A stretch of 64,000 bases of DNA from Candidatus Omnitrophota bacterium (GTDB taxonomy: Bacteria > Omnitrophota > Omnitrophia > Omnitrophales > Aquincolibacteriaceae), in the NCBI GenBank assembly GCA_030698625.1, contig JAUYMS010000046.1, forward strand, positions 56,348-120,347, in the 5' to 3' direction. Shown one piece after another: positions 10,180 to 19,737 of this stretch. The notes below the pieces were generated by a model, which saw only the letters and a program-made list of their open reading frames with translations, did no database searches and had not been told where the DNA came from. Numbering within the stretch: the stretch's first letter is position 1; each line of letters begins with the position of its first letter. The position numbers and the translations under genes are program-made.

Positions 10180-11159
10180 TCTTCTCTCACTCTCCGGCGC
10201 CATTCGTCCAGCAGGTGAATGACGCTCTCTTCGAAATCGATTTTGGGTTCCCAACCGGTTGCCTTGTGAAACTTATCCGTATTGGGAATTTGAAGTGTCA
10301 CATCAGCCGGTCTCAGAAGAGCCGGGTCCTGCCGTGAAGGAATCTTCTTCTTCGCATGCTTTTTGAGGAGCTCCAAAAAATCACCTACGGAAATCGTTTT
10401 CTTACCACCGATATTATAAACCTCGCCCGGCTCACAATGTAAAATAGCGATCCAATAAGCCTCCATGGCGTCGCGGACGTCGATGAGGGTGCGGATGGAA
10501 TCCAAGTTGCCGTGTAAGAGCTCTTTCTGCAGTCCTGCCTCGATGCGAGCCACCTGCCTGGCGAAGGATGTCGCGAAGAGGTCAGTCCGCCGCGGATTGA
10601 TGTAGGCAAACATGCGCGTCCGGATCATCTTCATCCCGTAGCTTCTATAATAAGTCCACGCCAGCTGGTCTTGAGCCGTTTTTGAGACGGCATAAGGGCT
10701 TGAAGGACAGATGGGACAGTCTTCGGTGATTGGGACATTCTTGGGGTCTACCTGTCCGTAAACTTCTGAGGTGGAACAGTGCTGGATGATGGGGTTGAGT
10801 TTGAGGATGCGTATCGCCTCAAACAGATTGAGTGTTCCCATGATATTGTTTTCCATCACGGCGCGCGGGTAGAGAAAAGAAGCCCGCACATTGGCATTCG
10901 AAGCGAGGTGAAAGATGACGTCGGGTTTTACCTTCTCCAGCACTCCGAGTACGGAAGAGAGGTCGTTCAAATCACATTCATGCAGGCGGCATTTGTCTTT
11001 GACAGCCGCAAGATTTCGCGGGGCGCTCGTGCTGTGCCACCGCATAATACCGTGAATTTCAACTTTCTGATTCTGGGCCAGATACTCAGCCAGGTAGCTT
11101 CCGCCCGATCCGGAAATTCCCGTTATCAATGCCCGTTTAATTTTTTTTGCATCGATCAT
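10176..11159 (-). CDS. gmd: GDP-mannose 4,6-dehydratase-like
   Basis: ALITGISGSGGSYLAE, CSTSEVYG, SPYAVSK, LRPADV. Confidence 0.75.
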   Translation of the reverse strand: MIDAKKIKRALITGISGSGGSYLAEYLAQNQKVEIHGIMRWHSTSAPRNLAAVKDKCRLHECDLNDLSSVLGVLEKVKPDVIFHLASNANVRASFLYPRAVMENNIMGTLNLFEAIRILKLNPIIQHCSTSEVYGQVDPKNVPITEDCPICPSSPYAVSKTAQDQLAWTYYRSYGMKMIRTRMFAYINPRRTDLFATSFARQVARIEAGLQKELLHGNLDSIRTLIDVRDAMEAYWIAILHCEPGEVYNIGGKKTISVGDFLELLKKHAKKKIPSRQDPALLRPADVTLQIPNTDKFHKATGWEPKIDFEESVIHLLDEWRRRVREE

Positions 11160-11215
11160 AAGAGACTCTTCTAAGCAGTTTCATTCTCTCGAAAGACGTT
11201 TAAACGTTTTCGGTT

Positions 11216-12199
11216 TTAAGCTGTTTTATTTTTTCTGAAAACGTTATAGCGTTTACCGATTTTGTCGCGATTTTCGCGGAACCAATCCATGACTTCTTTG
11301 ATCCCATCCTCAATGGAGATCTCGGGCTCGAACCCGAGTTCTCTCATTCGCGATGTATCCATCAAGCGTTTTTGATCGCCCGAAGGTTTGGAAGTATCCC
11401 ATTCGATTTCAGGTCGTGGGTCTGTATTGCGCGAAATGATCTCAACGATTTCGCTGATCTTGACGCCTTGACCGCTTCCGAGATTGACGGGTTGCAGTGC
11501 CGGCTTTTCAAGCGCGGCGATCATGCCGCGGGCGACATCGCGGGCGTGAATAAAGTCCCTCACGGCAGTGCCGTCGCCCCAAACCTTCAGGGGGTTTTCT
11601 CCGTCAAGTGCCCGGCGAATTAAAGTGGGAATCACCATGGCATTTTCGGGGTCAAAGTTGTCATACGGCCCATAGACGTTCGCGGGCCGGACGATGACGA
11701 CATCTTTCCAGTCGTACTCAATGCGATAGGCTTCAGCCTGCAGCTCACCCATGCGTTTTGCCCAGCCGGCAAATCGATCATGTTCGGACGGAAACGTTTT
11801 CCAGACATCGTCTTCATGAAAGACCTCAGCCGGTGCATAGACGCCAATCGTGCTGGTGTAAAGATACCGCTTTACGCCGGACTGGCGCGCGGCCTCCATC
11901 ATATTGGTGTTGAAGGTGATGGTGGGGACGAAGAAGCTCGCAGGCTTCTTGGCGGTCATTGCCGGCGATCCCTTGATTCCGGCAAGATGGAACACGTAAT
12001 CCATATCTTCGCAGGCTTCCAGGCAGTGGTTCAGGTACATGAGGTTTTTTTGAATGAACTCGGCCTTCGGGTGAGCGCGCGAGGGATCGTCCAGGGAAAC
12101 GATGGTCACTTGTGCGCCCCGCTCCAAGAGGAGTTCCACGAGAGGTCTTCCGATCAGCCCCGTCCCGCCTGTTACAAGCACCCGCTTATCTTTAAACAC
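11216..12199 (-). CDS. NAD-dependent epimerase/reductase (paralog of 4440-5432)
   Basis: VTGGTGLIG, FHLAGIKG, RPANVYGPYDNF; likely GTG start at 12199. Confidence 0.85.
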   Translation of the reverse strand: MFKDKRVLVTGGTGLIGRPLVELLLERGAQVTIVSLDDPSRAHPKAEFIQKNLMYLNHCLEACEDMDYVFHLAGIKGSPAMTAKKPASFFVPTITFNTNMMEAARQSGVKRYLYTSTIGVYAPAEVFHEDDVWKTFPSEHDRFAGWAKRMGELQAEAYRIEYDWKDVVIVRPANVYGPYDNFDPENAMVIPTLIRRALDGENPLKVWGDGTAVRDFIHARDVARGMIAALEKPALQPVNLGSGQGVKISEIVEIISRNTDPRPEIEWDTSKPSGDQKRLMDTSRMRELGFEPEISIEDGIKEVMDWFRENRDKIGKRYNVFRKNKTA

Positions 12200-12207
12200 G
12201 CTATCTC

Positions 12208-13263
12208 CTAAAAGGGACCCTTGAAGCGATTTTCCCAAGAATAAAAACTTTCACCGGAAAGATCTGTTTCGTCTAATCCAAGCATCTGTTCAACCGTGCG
12301 AATGATAGTGACGGCTGAGGGATAAAATAAATTCTCAAGCGGACGAGTCGTCGGGCAGGGTGTGTGAGCGAAGCCCAGGCGTTTGACCGGAGATTTCAGA
12401 TCTCCAAAACAGGCCTCGGAAACCTGCGCAGCGACCTCAGCGCCGAATCCGCAAAAGGCCCAGTCGTAGTCTGCCACGATACAGCGCTTCGTTTTTTTTA
12501 CGGAATCGATAATGGTAGCAGAGTCAAGCGGGGCCAGCGTTCGGACATCGACGATCTCGACCGATACGTTTCGCTTCTCCAGGACCTCACGCGCCTTCAG
12601 GGCCTCGACCATCATCCACGAAGTCGTCACGATGCTTACGTCTTTACCCTCGCGTTTCACTAGGGCCTTTCCGAGCGGGATCTTAAAGTTAAAATCGACA
12701 TCGCCATAGGCGTCATAAAGCCAGCGGTGCTCCAGGACAATAACCGGATCGTCGTCTTGAACGGCAGACCGCAGCAGGCTGTAGGCGTCTTGCGGGTTCG
12801 TGGGCATAACGACCTTAAGGCCCGGGATATGGGCAAAAACGCTCTGCATGGTTTTACTGTGTTGGGCGCCTTGGCCCCAGCCACGACCGATGACGGCACG
12901 GATCACAATCGGGAGTTTGAGTTTTCCTCCTGAGAGATACCTGGCGCATGAGATCATGTTAGCGATCTGATTCATAGCGAGCATCATGAAATCAACACGG
13001 ATATGGACATGGACCGGCCGTAGTCCGCTGATGGCCGCACCGAGGGCCAGACCCGTCATCGCATCTTCAGATAGGGGAGTGGAAAAACAGCGCCTTGGGC
13101 CGAATTTCTCAACGAGCCCGACCGTGCTTCCAAAGATCCGTTTGTGGTCGGCGACATCCAAACCGTAGACGAAGACCTTGTCGTCGGCTTGCATTTCGTC
13201 GACAAGCGCGCGATTCAGCGCTTCTTTGAATTGGATCTGGGTTTTTATGGCGCTCTCCGACAT
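12208..13263 (-). CDS. TPP-dependent dehydrogenase E1-beta-like subunit
   Basis: STPLSE, GLRPV, GAQHSK, IPGLKVVMP, DVRTLAPLD. Confidence 0.9.
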   Translation of the reverse strand: MSESAIKTQIQFKEALNRALVDEMQADDKVFVYGLDVADHKRIFGSTVGLVEKFGPRRCFSTPLSEDAMTGLALGAAISGLRPVHVHIRVDFMMLAMNQIANMISCARYLSGGKLKLPIVIRAVIGRGWGQGAQHSKTMQSVFAHIPGLKVVMPTNPQDAYSLLRSAVQDDDPVIVLEHRWLYDAYGDVDFNFKIPLGKALVKREGKDVSIVTTSWMMVEALKAREVLEKRNVSVEIVDVRTLAPLDSATIIDSVKKTKRCIVADYDWAFCGFGAEVAAQVSEACFGDLKSPVKRLGFAHTPCPTTRPLENLFYPSAVTIIRTVEQMLGLDETDLSGESFYSWENRFKGPF

Positions 13264-13271
13264 GGTTTCGC

Positions 13272-14462
13272 TTAGTTGATGTCGTTTAATAGCGAACAGA
13301 GTTTCTTGATCTTGCTCACTTCAAGGTCCGGATAATTACCGATATAAAAACCGAGAAAATGGATCAGCTCCACCTGCGGGTACTTATCAAACTGGTCGCC
13401 GACAAGATGCCTCAAATACGGCTGACGCAATTGATTGCCACCACCGGATAAACCGCGGCGGTACTCCACACCGCAATCGCCGAGCAGAGTTGTCACCTGA
13501 TTGACCCGGTCTTTGAAAGATTCTTGAAGCACTAGGGTGAAGGCATAGTTGCTTGCGCCTTCGACCTCAAAATCGGCCCGGTACTTTTTGGGGTCCAGGG
13601 AGCTCAAAAATATGTTCAGGTTGTAATTTCTTTGCTCGATCTCTTTTTCCAGGCGAGGCAGATGATGGCGGCCGATCACCGCATTTATTTCAGTGCTGCG
13701 CACATTGTAAGCGGGAAAGGCGAATATGAATTCCGGGTTCAGGTCTTTGTGTCGGGTCGCATAGAAAGACTTAATTTCCTCAGAGGTTGATTCCCGCACC
13801 AGACCGTGCGAGCGTAACATACGTACTGTCTGATACACCTTTTCGTCATTTGTGCAGACCATACCGCCTTCTATCGTGCTCAGGTGATGTGCGTAATAAA
13901 AGGAAAAGTTTGAGGCCCAGCCGTGAGAACCCACCCGCTTGCCCTTGAATGTGGCGCCGTGCGATTCACAGGCGTCCTCGATTAGGGGAATGCCCCGTTC
14001 TTTTAAACCGTCGATGAGACGGTCCGTCAGAGCGTTATAACCAAGAATATGTGTCAGAAAGACGGCCTTCGTATTCGGGGTGATTTTTTTAAAGACTTCC
14101 TCATCGTCGAGGCCGAGTCGGCGAGGGTGAATATCCGCAAAGACGGGTTGGAAGCCGCATTGAAAAACCGCGGCAATATCGGAAACCCAGGTGAGCGGGG
14201 GGACGATGATTTCACCCGGCCCGAAGATCTCGCGCAATGCTGCAAGCGTCAAAAGATTGGCCGAAGAGCCTGAATTAACGAACACGCTATAGCGTACCCC
14301 GACCCACTCGGCCCATTCGCTCTCAAATTGTTGCACTTCCTCAGACTGAGTCAAACGCGGATTTCCCTTTAAAAAACGAATGACGGCATTGATGTCGTCT
14401 TTAGAAATATTATTACTCATAAGCGGCCAGTTCAGGCCGGAAGGTTTTTCAGAGACGGTCAT
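13272..14462 (-). CDS. DegT/DnrJ-family PLP enzyme, ColD/E1-type 3-dehydratase
   Basis: VNSGSSAN, IEDACESHGA, FSFYYAHHLSTIEGG (His at the usual Schiff-base Lys position). Confidence 0.85.
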   Translation of the reverse strand: MTVSEKPSGLNWPLMSNNISKDDINAVIRFLKGNPRLTQSEEVQQFESEWAEWVGVRYSVFVNSGSSANLLTLAALREIFGPGEIIVPPLTWVSDIAAVFQCGFQPVFADIHPRRLGLDDEEVFKKITPNTKAVFLTHILGYNALTDRLIDGLKERGIPLIEDACESHGATFKGKRVGSHGWASNFSFYYAHHLSTIEGGMVCTNDEKVYQTVRMLRSHGLVRESTSEEIKSFYATRHKDLNPEFIFAFPAYNVRSTEINAVIGRHHLPRLEKEIEQRNYNLNIFLSSLDPKKYRADFEVEGASNYAFTLVLQESFKDRVNQVTTLLGDCGVEYRRGLSGGGNQLRQPYLRHLVGDQFDKYPQVELIHFLGFYIGNYPDLEVSKIKKLCSLLNDIN

Positions 14463-14464
14463 GG

Positions 14465-15433
14465 TTAACTTAACACTCCTGTGTAGAGGTCATCGATTCC
14501 GGGAAAGGCGTCTGTCCGCGCCTTTGCGACACTCGCATCTATTTCCTTGTCAATGTCCGCCGCAATTTTCTCTAACGCCGCTTCCTTTGCCCCCAAGCCG
14601 AGCACCCAGTCTTTGGCCGCCAGTACGGGGTCCACGGCCTCGAGTTCCGCGGCGCTCGGTTTGGGCCGGTAGCCGGCCGCATAATCCAGCCGAACACCGA
14701 CATGGCTGCGAAAGCGATGATACTCGCATTTTAGAAAGCCAGGCTTCCCATCCTTGGCCATTTTGGCCAAAAGTCCTGTGGCGGCTTCGTGGATCAAGTC
14801 GACTCGGTGCCCTGGCGCTTCACCGTAGTGACATTCGAATCCTGCGACCGCGTCTTTCGCTGAACGGAATCCTTGCCGCTCTTTCTTGCCGGTGTGAATG
14901 GCCAGGTTATTGTCTTCGCAGACAAAGAGAACAGGGAGTTTGTGGAGGGAAGCAAAGTTGATGCTTTCCCAGAAAGCGCCTTCCTCCATGGCGCCGTCAC
15001 CGAAAAAACTCGCGACAACATTTTTCTTGTTCTGATAAACATTTGCGAATGCCGCACCGACCGCAACAGGGATTGTGGTGGCAACCACCGCTGACGTCAG
15101 AAGCAGGCCGCGTTCAGGTGCCGTCAAATGCATGGAACCCGCTTTGCCGTGGGCACAACCCGTGACTTTGCCGTAAAGTTCCGCAAAGAAGGTATCGGTA
15201 TCTCCCGTCAGCATAAGGTAATGGGCGTGGTTGCGGTAGGTTCCGAATACCTGGGGCGAACTCCCGAGAGCTGCGATTACGCCGACGGCAATGGCCTCAG
15301 CTCCGATGTGCAGGTGCACAGGGGTTTTGATCTCATCAGTGGCATATTCGGAGCAGATTCTATCCTCACACTTGCGGATGAGGAGAATCTTGTGATAAAA
15401 CTGGATGGCGTTTTTCGCGGAAAGCCGGCTCAC
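14465..15433 (-). CDS. TPP-dependent dehydrogenase E1-alpha-like subunit
   Basis: HLHIGAEA, TYRNH, GKAGSMH, FFGDGAMEEG...EDNN. Confidence 0.9.
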   Translation of the reverse strand: MSRLSAKNAIQFYHKILLIRKCEDRICSEYATDEIKTPVHLHIGAEAIAVGVIAALGSSPQVFGTYRNHAHYLMLTGDTDTFFAELYGKVTGCAHGKAGSMHLTAPERGLLLTSAVVATTIPVAVGAAFANVYQNKKNVVASFFGDGAMEEGAFWESINFASLHKLPVLFVCEDNNLAIHTGKKERQGFRSAKDAVAGFECHYGEAPGHRVDLIHEAATGLLAKMAKDGKPGFLKCEYHRFRSHVGVRLDYAAGYRPKPSAAELEAVDPVLAAKDWVLGLGAKEAALEKIAADIDKEIDASVAKARTDAFPGIDDLYTGVLS

Positions 15434-16428
15434 TGGAAATTGTTGGGTTCATAGATGACGATTTTGCTTCCCGTAAAATCCAATCGGAAATTCACATGAA
15501 TCAAATCCTTAAGCTTTTCACGAATTTCGGGTTGGCGATCGGGTCGCGCGAATAAAAGCATAAAACCTCCGCCGCCTGCACCCAGGAGTTTCCCCCCGTA
15601 GGCACCGGCGCTCTTGGCGGCTTCATAGATCGTATCCAGTGCCGGTGTGGTCACCTTATCGGATAAAGATCGCTTGTACTGCCAATATTCATGTAGGAGC
15701 TTCCCGAAGTTTTCTATCGGAATCTTCGGATTAATCAGAATCTCCATGCCTTCTTTGGCCATCTGCTGCATAATTTGCATCTCCCGCTTACGTGCTTCCA
15801 TGTTTGCGATGTGATGCTTTGCGATTTCGGAGGCGATGCGCGTAAATCCCGTGAAGACCAGCATCATATGTTTCTGAAAATCCTCGATGCGGTCTTTGGC
15901 CAAGATGAGCGGGGTGATATCAAAACTATCGTCAGCATGAAACTGAATGACGTTCAGACCACCGTGAGTCGTGAGTACTTGATCCTGGGAACCGACATGC
16001 TCCTTGAGAATATCCTGCTCCATGTGAACCGCCTCGGTGGCCAGATCCTTCTTGGAAATCATCTGCCCCTTGAGAGCATGGATGGCGTGGATCAGCCCCA
16101 CCGTGAATGAAGAACTAGATCCCAATCCGGAGCGAGCCGGCAGATCCCCGTCATGGTGGATTTCCAGGCCATTTTTGACGTCCATGGTATTCAAGATGCC
16201 GCGCACGGCAGGGTGCTTGATGTCCTTAACTTCATTGACTGAATCGATTTGCGAGTAAACGATGCGGTGCTTGAAGTCGAAGAAGGGGGGCAAATACCGG
16301 CAGCTTATGTAGCAAAACTTATCAATGGTTGAGCCGAGCACCATACCGCCATATTTGCGGTACCAAGCAGGATAATCGGTGCCTCCGCCAAAAAACGAAA
16401 TTCGAAAAGGTGTCCTACTGACAATCAT
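15430..16428 (-). CDS. hddA: GHMP sugar kinase (HddA-like heptose-7-phosphate kinase)
   Basis: RTPFRISFFGGGTD, PARSGLGSSS, GKLLGAGGGGF. Confidence 0.85.
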   Translation of the reverse strand: MIVSRTPFRISFFGGGTDYPAWYRKYGGMVLGSTIDKFCYISCRYLPPFFDFKHRIVYSQIDSVNEVKDIKHPAVRGILNTMDVKNGLEIHHDGDLPARSGLGSSSSFTVGLIHAIHALKGQMISKKDLATEAVHMEQDILKEHVGSQDQVLTTHGGLNVIQFHADDSFDITPLILAKDRIEDFQKHMMLVFTGFTRIASEIAKHHIANMEARKREMQIMQQMAKEGMEILINPKIPIENFGKLLHEYWQYKRSLSDKVTTPALDTIYEAAKSAGAYGGKLLGAGGGGFMLLFARPDRQPEIREKLKDLIHVNFRLDFTGSKIVIYEPNNFQ

Positions 16429-16604
16429 ACCGTAATTTTCGTCTTATACCGCGTTAGGCTTAAGTGGAATAAGATACACCATTTAGGACAAAAAGACCAA
16501 GCGAAATTGGGGAAGGCTGATACTCTTCAGTCGCTCCCAGTTCTCTACAGGAAAAGCGTACCACATTGTGGGTGATTGTGTTAGATGCGGAAGGAAATAG
16601 TCGT

Positions 16605-17276
16605 TTAGGAGAAGCGCTCTGCGGCGATGAGGCGGAGGATGTCCATGCCATTAATGAGAGGGTTCATTTTTCGCACCCCGCCGATGCGGGCGGGTTCGTC
16701 GCCCGGGATTTCGCCTGTGTTGAGCTTGTGTTTGGCACAGCGAATAGACAGAAGCGGCTCAAAACCGGCACGCGGCACGCTGGTCTCAAGCTTCAGCATC
16801 GGCATGAGCGACATTCGCCAAGCCCGAAACATGACCAGTGAATCCGTATAGTGCCCTCCAAAAATGACATTGATCATGCGGGTAAACATCCAGTTGCCGA
16901 ACGCTGTGACGGGATCGTCATCCTCGCTCTTGGCGCCGTCCAGGTATCGCGAAACGACAACCATGTCGAAACCTTCCTTCATCTTGCTGACCAGATCGGG
17001 GATACGTTCCGGCACTGAATTCCCGTCGGGGCTGAAAGCGAGGCAAATATCCGTCTTTACGTGGGGGAGTCCCTCTTGATAGGCGCCCGTAATGCCCTTT
17101 GTCCGGGTCTGATGGACGATTTTATACCCCTGATCCTGTGCATATTCGAGTGTTCCGTCTGTCGATCCGCCGTCGACAAAGAGAATCTCATCCACCCATT
17201 CACGTTTGACGAGGGGCATGACGGCCTTCATTCCGGTGATCTCATTGAGTGTGGGTACGAATAATGTAACGCTCAC
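16605..17276 (-). CDS. GT2 glycosyltransferase (paralog of 3770-4435)
   Basis: VPTLNE, VDGGSTDGT, FSPDGNSVPE, TAFGNW. Confidence 0.85.
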   Translation of the reverse strand: MSVTLFVPTLNEITGMKAVMPLVKREWVDEILFVDGGSTDGTLEYAQDQGYKIVHQTRTKGITGAYQEGLPHVKTDICLAFSPDGNSVPERIPDLVSKMKEGFDMVVVSRYLDGAKSEDDDPVTAFGNWMFTRMINVIFGGHYTDSLVMFRAWRMSLMPMLKLETSVPRAGFEPLLSIRCAKHKLNTGEIPGDEPARIGGVRKMNPLINGMDILRLIAAERFS

Positions 17277-18028
17277 TTGAAAAACTCCTTTATAACTTCA
17301 AGGGATGTTTTTCGAAGTTCCGGCAAGACCGCTACCGCTTTATCTATGACAATGTTGCCGACACGATAATCGAACTCGCCGAAGCGAACGCGTTTGCGCA
17401 CAATATCGGCGAGTTCGGCCATGTGAATATTTTTATTCGAAGCGATATTATAAATTCCTTGTAGGTTCTGATCCAGAGCCTTTTGAATAAAACGAGATAC
17501 GGTGGAATGCGTCACGAAGTTGCATTCGGAGTCAGGCGTCAAACTCAACACCGGCTCTTTATCTTCGAAGATTTTTTTCAGATTTCCCTTTTTAGCATGT
17601 TGACCGAGAAGGCCCGCGCAGCGAATGATGAGGTGATTGGGTGTGTTGACGCGAACAATGGTCTCTGAGACGATCTTGGCCACAGAATAGGGATTTTCGT
17701 GGCTTTCCACATCCAGTGTTTCCTCCTCGCTGTGGGAGACCTCGTTTTTCGGGTAGACCTCGGTGGACGAGATGTAGACGAATTTCTTGTGAGGAAGAGC
17801 TGTTAATTTTTGAGTTAACATGACATTGTCTTCCAGGTAAGCGGGGAGAGTCTCCGGTGAGACCTTGCCTGTGGCATTGAATGCGGCGTGAATGATGAGA
17901 TCAACTCCTTCTTTCGCGAGTTTTTCCAGGAGTTCGGCGCTGTTTTCACGGCTGAGCCCGTAACCGCCAAAAACCTCATAGAGATGCCTTCCCAGGCCCT
18001 GTGCGACGCCGGTTGTGAGTACATTCAT
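17273..18028 (-). CDS. NAD(P)-dependent sugar oxidoreductase/epimerase
   Basis: TTGVAQGLG, ISSTEVY, PYSVAK (YxxxK). Confidence 0.75.
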   Translation of the reverse strand: MNVLTTGVAQGLGRHLYEVFGGYGLSRENSAELLEKLAKEGVDLIIHAAFNATGKVSPETLPAYLEDNVMLTQKLTALPHKKFVYISSTEVYPKNEVSHSEEETLDVESHENPYSVAKIVSETIVRVNTPNHLIIRCAGLLGQHAKKGNLKKIFEDKEPVLSLTPDSECNFVTHSTVSRFIQKALDQNLQGIYNIASNKNIHMAELADIVRKRVRFGEFDYRVGNIVIDKAVAVLPELRKTSLEVIKEFFK

Positions 18029-18103
18029 GGTTGTCTATCATGTACGTCCGGCCCAGGTATTCCCTTAACTAAGAATGTCGCGTAAAATGTCGTTAGAGTA
18101 ATC

Positions 18104-19678
18104 ATGGGAATCCTATTCGCATCCTCTAGCCGGTTTCGCCTCAAAAACGAGAATGTTGTCGTTGCCATTCTTGCTGCGGCGCTTGTCATTCTCACGCTTC
18201 TTATCTGCAGCTCCGACCTGTCGAGTCATTCCATCTGGCTGGACGAAGCCGAGACGAGATTTAATGCGGATAAAGACAAGTCGGTCGGCGAGGTTGTGAA
18301 TATGTATACGCGCCGCGGTTCGCCCCCCCTCTACTTTCTTGTGATTCACGAGGTCCTGAAGATTCGTGATGACGAGATCAGTTTGAGGATGCCGTCTGTC
18401 ATTTTCGGGGCGGGGCTCATCTTAGCCGTTTTTCTCCTGGCCCGAAAGCTCTTCGGTAATGGCGTGGGGTTTTTTGCCGCGCTTGCATTTTTTCTTTCAG
18501 ATAAATTCCTGCATCATGCCCGCGACGCGAATCCCTACACGATGTACGCCTTTCTCACCACTTTATCGACCTACTGCCTTTGGTGTGCCTGGGAGACGAG
18601 GCGCAAAAAGGACTGGCTTATTTACGCCGCCGTTGCGCTCCTGGCAGTGGGCACACACCTGTTTGCCGTGCTGTTTGTATTTGGGCAGATGGTCACATAT
18701 TTGTTTCTTATCCGGTTCTGGGAAATTTTCAAAATGAAGTCGCGCGAAGAGCTGAAAGCCTTTATTGAAAAAGAAAAGTGTTACTTTGTTGTGGCGGGTG
18801 TTTTTGGTGTGATTTCCGCGGCTTGGTTACTTTTCTACTTTGCGTCCGCGGGATCACGCCCGACGCATCTGTATGAAGAGGTCGTCTCCGCCTCGTTCTG
18901 GTTAGGTCTGGCAAAGAGCGCGTATTTTGCTTTCTTCCCGTTAAAGCGGTATCTCGTCTTTATTGTGCTAGGGCTGGCCTACTACATAATTTCCGACAGA
19001 GAGAAGGGGGCCTATGTCACGGCTGTGGCCGTAGTTCCCGCAATCTTACAAATCGCCGCACTCAGTACGGGCGCCGAAACAGCACCGCGTTATTTCATTA
19101 CGACGGCGCCGCTGCTCTACATTGTGGCGGCCTCAAGCATTCGATTGGGGCAGGTCCTTGTGGAGAAGGCCCGCGTTCACAAAGCGGTAGGCATCGGAAT
19201 AACGATGGCAACTCTCTTATTCTTTGTTCAACCCATGGTTCTTTACAAAGACACCATGAATCAGATTCTGCACAAGACGCGGAACTACAGTTGGCGTCAT
19301 ACGGCACAGTTGCTGGACCATCATGCCACCGAGAACGACATCATCTTGGTCTGTGCCGATTACATGATGTTGCCCCTGGAGTATTATTATAAGGGGTCCG
19401 TAGAGAGAATAGGAATTGAGAAGGACAATGACGACCCCGCTTATTTTAATAGAGTTGTGGATGCCAATTTAATTGGCAAACAAAGGGTTTGGCTCATCCT
19501 CTCACACGTTCGAGGGGATCAGCCGATCGTCGATTATCTTAATCATTTTAAGAGGAAGCTTCGCACCCAAAGCGGGGCGGAGTTTACGATTATGACAAGG
19601 CAGGTAGGGTTTAATCCGATGGCGGACATCGCCATTGTGATTTACGAGCTGGGAATCGCACCTGAGGTAGGAACTTAA
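18104..19678 (+). CDS. Membrane GT-C fold glycosyltransferase (GT39/ArnT-like)
   Basis: SIWLDE, PPLYF, LRMPS, many TM segments, PRYF. Confidence 0.85.
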   Translation: MGILFASSSRFRLKNENVVVAILAAALVILTLLICSSDLSSHSIWLDEAETRFNADKDKSVGEVVNMYTRRGSPPLYFLVIHEVLKIRDDEISLRMPSVIFGAGLILAVFLLARKLFGNGVGFFAALAFFLSDKFLHHARDANPYTMYAFLTTLSTYCLWCAWETRRKKDWLIYAAVALLAVGTHLFAVLFVFGQMVTYLFLIRFWEIFKMKSREELKAFIEKEKCYFVVAGVFGVISAAWLLFYFASAGSRPTHLYEEVVSASFWLGLAKSAYFAFFPLKRYLVFIVLGLAYYIISDREKGAYVTAVAVVPAILQIAALSTGAETAPRYFITTAPLLYIVAASSIRLGQVLVEKARVHKAVGIGITMATLLFFVQPMVLYKDTMNQILHKTRNYSWRHTAQLLDHHATENDIILVCADYMMLPLEYYYKGSVERIGIEKDNDDPAYFNRVVDANLIGKQRVWLILSHVRGDQPIVDYLNHFKRKLRTQSGAEFTIMTRQVGFNPMADIAIVIYELGIAPEVGT

Positions 19679-19681
19679 GGC

Positions 19682-19718
19682 AAAAAAAATACCGGGTGCC
19701 CTTCGGCACCCGGTATTT
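19682..19718 (-). terminator. Intrinsic terminator between convergent genes
   Basis: AAATACCGGGTGCC-CTTC-GGCACCCGGTATTT hairpin; the A-run reads as a U-tail on the minus strand after groEL2. Confidence 0.9.
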
Positions 19719-19737
19719 GCAATACTTTCTACTGACT

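Noticed and set aside
12208-15433. Pyruvate dehydrogenase complex
   Set aside because: No E2/E3 genes nearby; alpha and beta are separated by a sugar-modifying gene inside a glycan cluster
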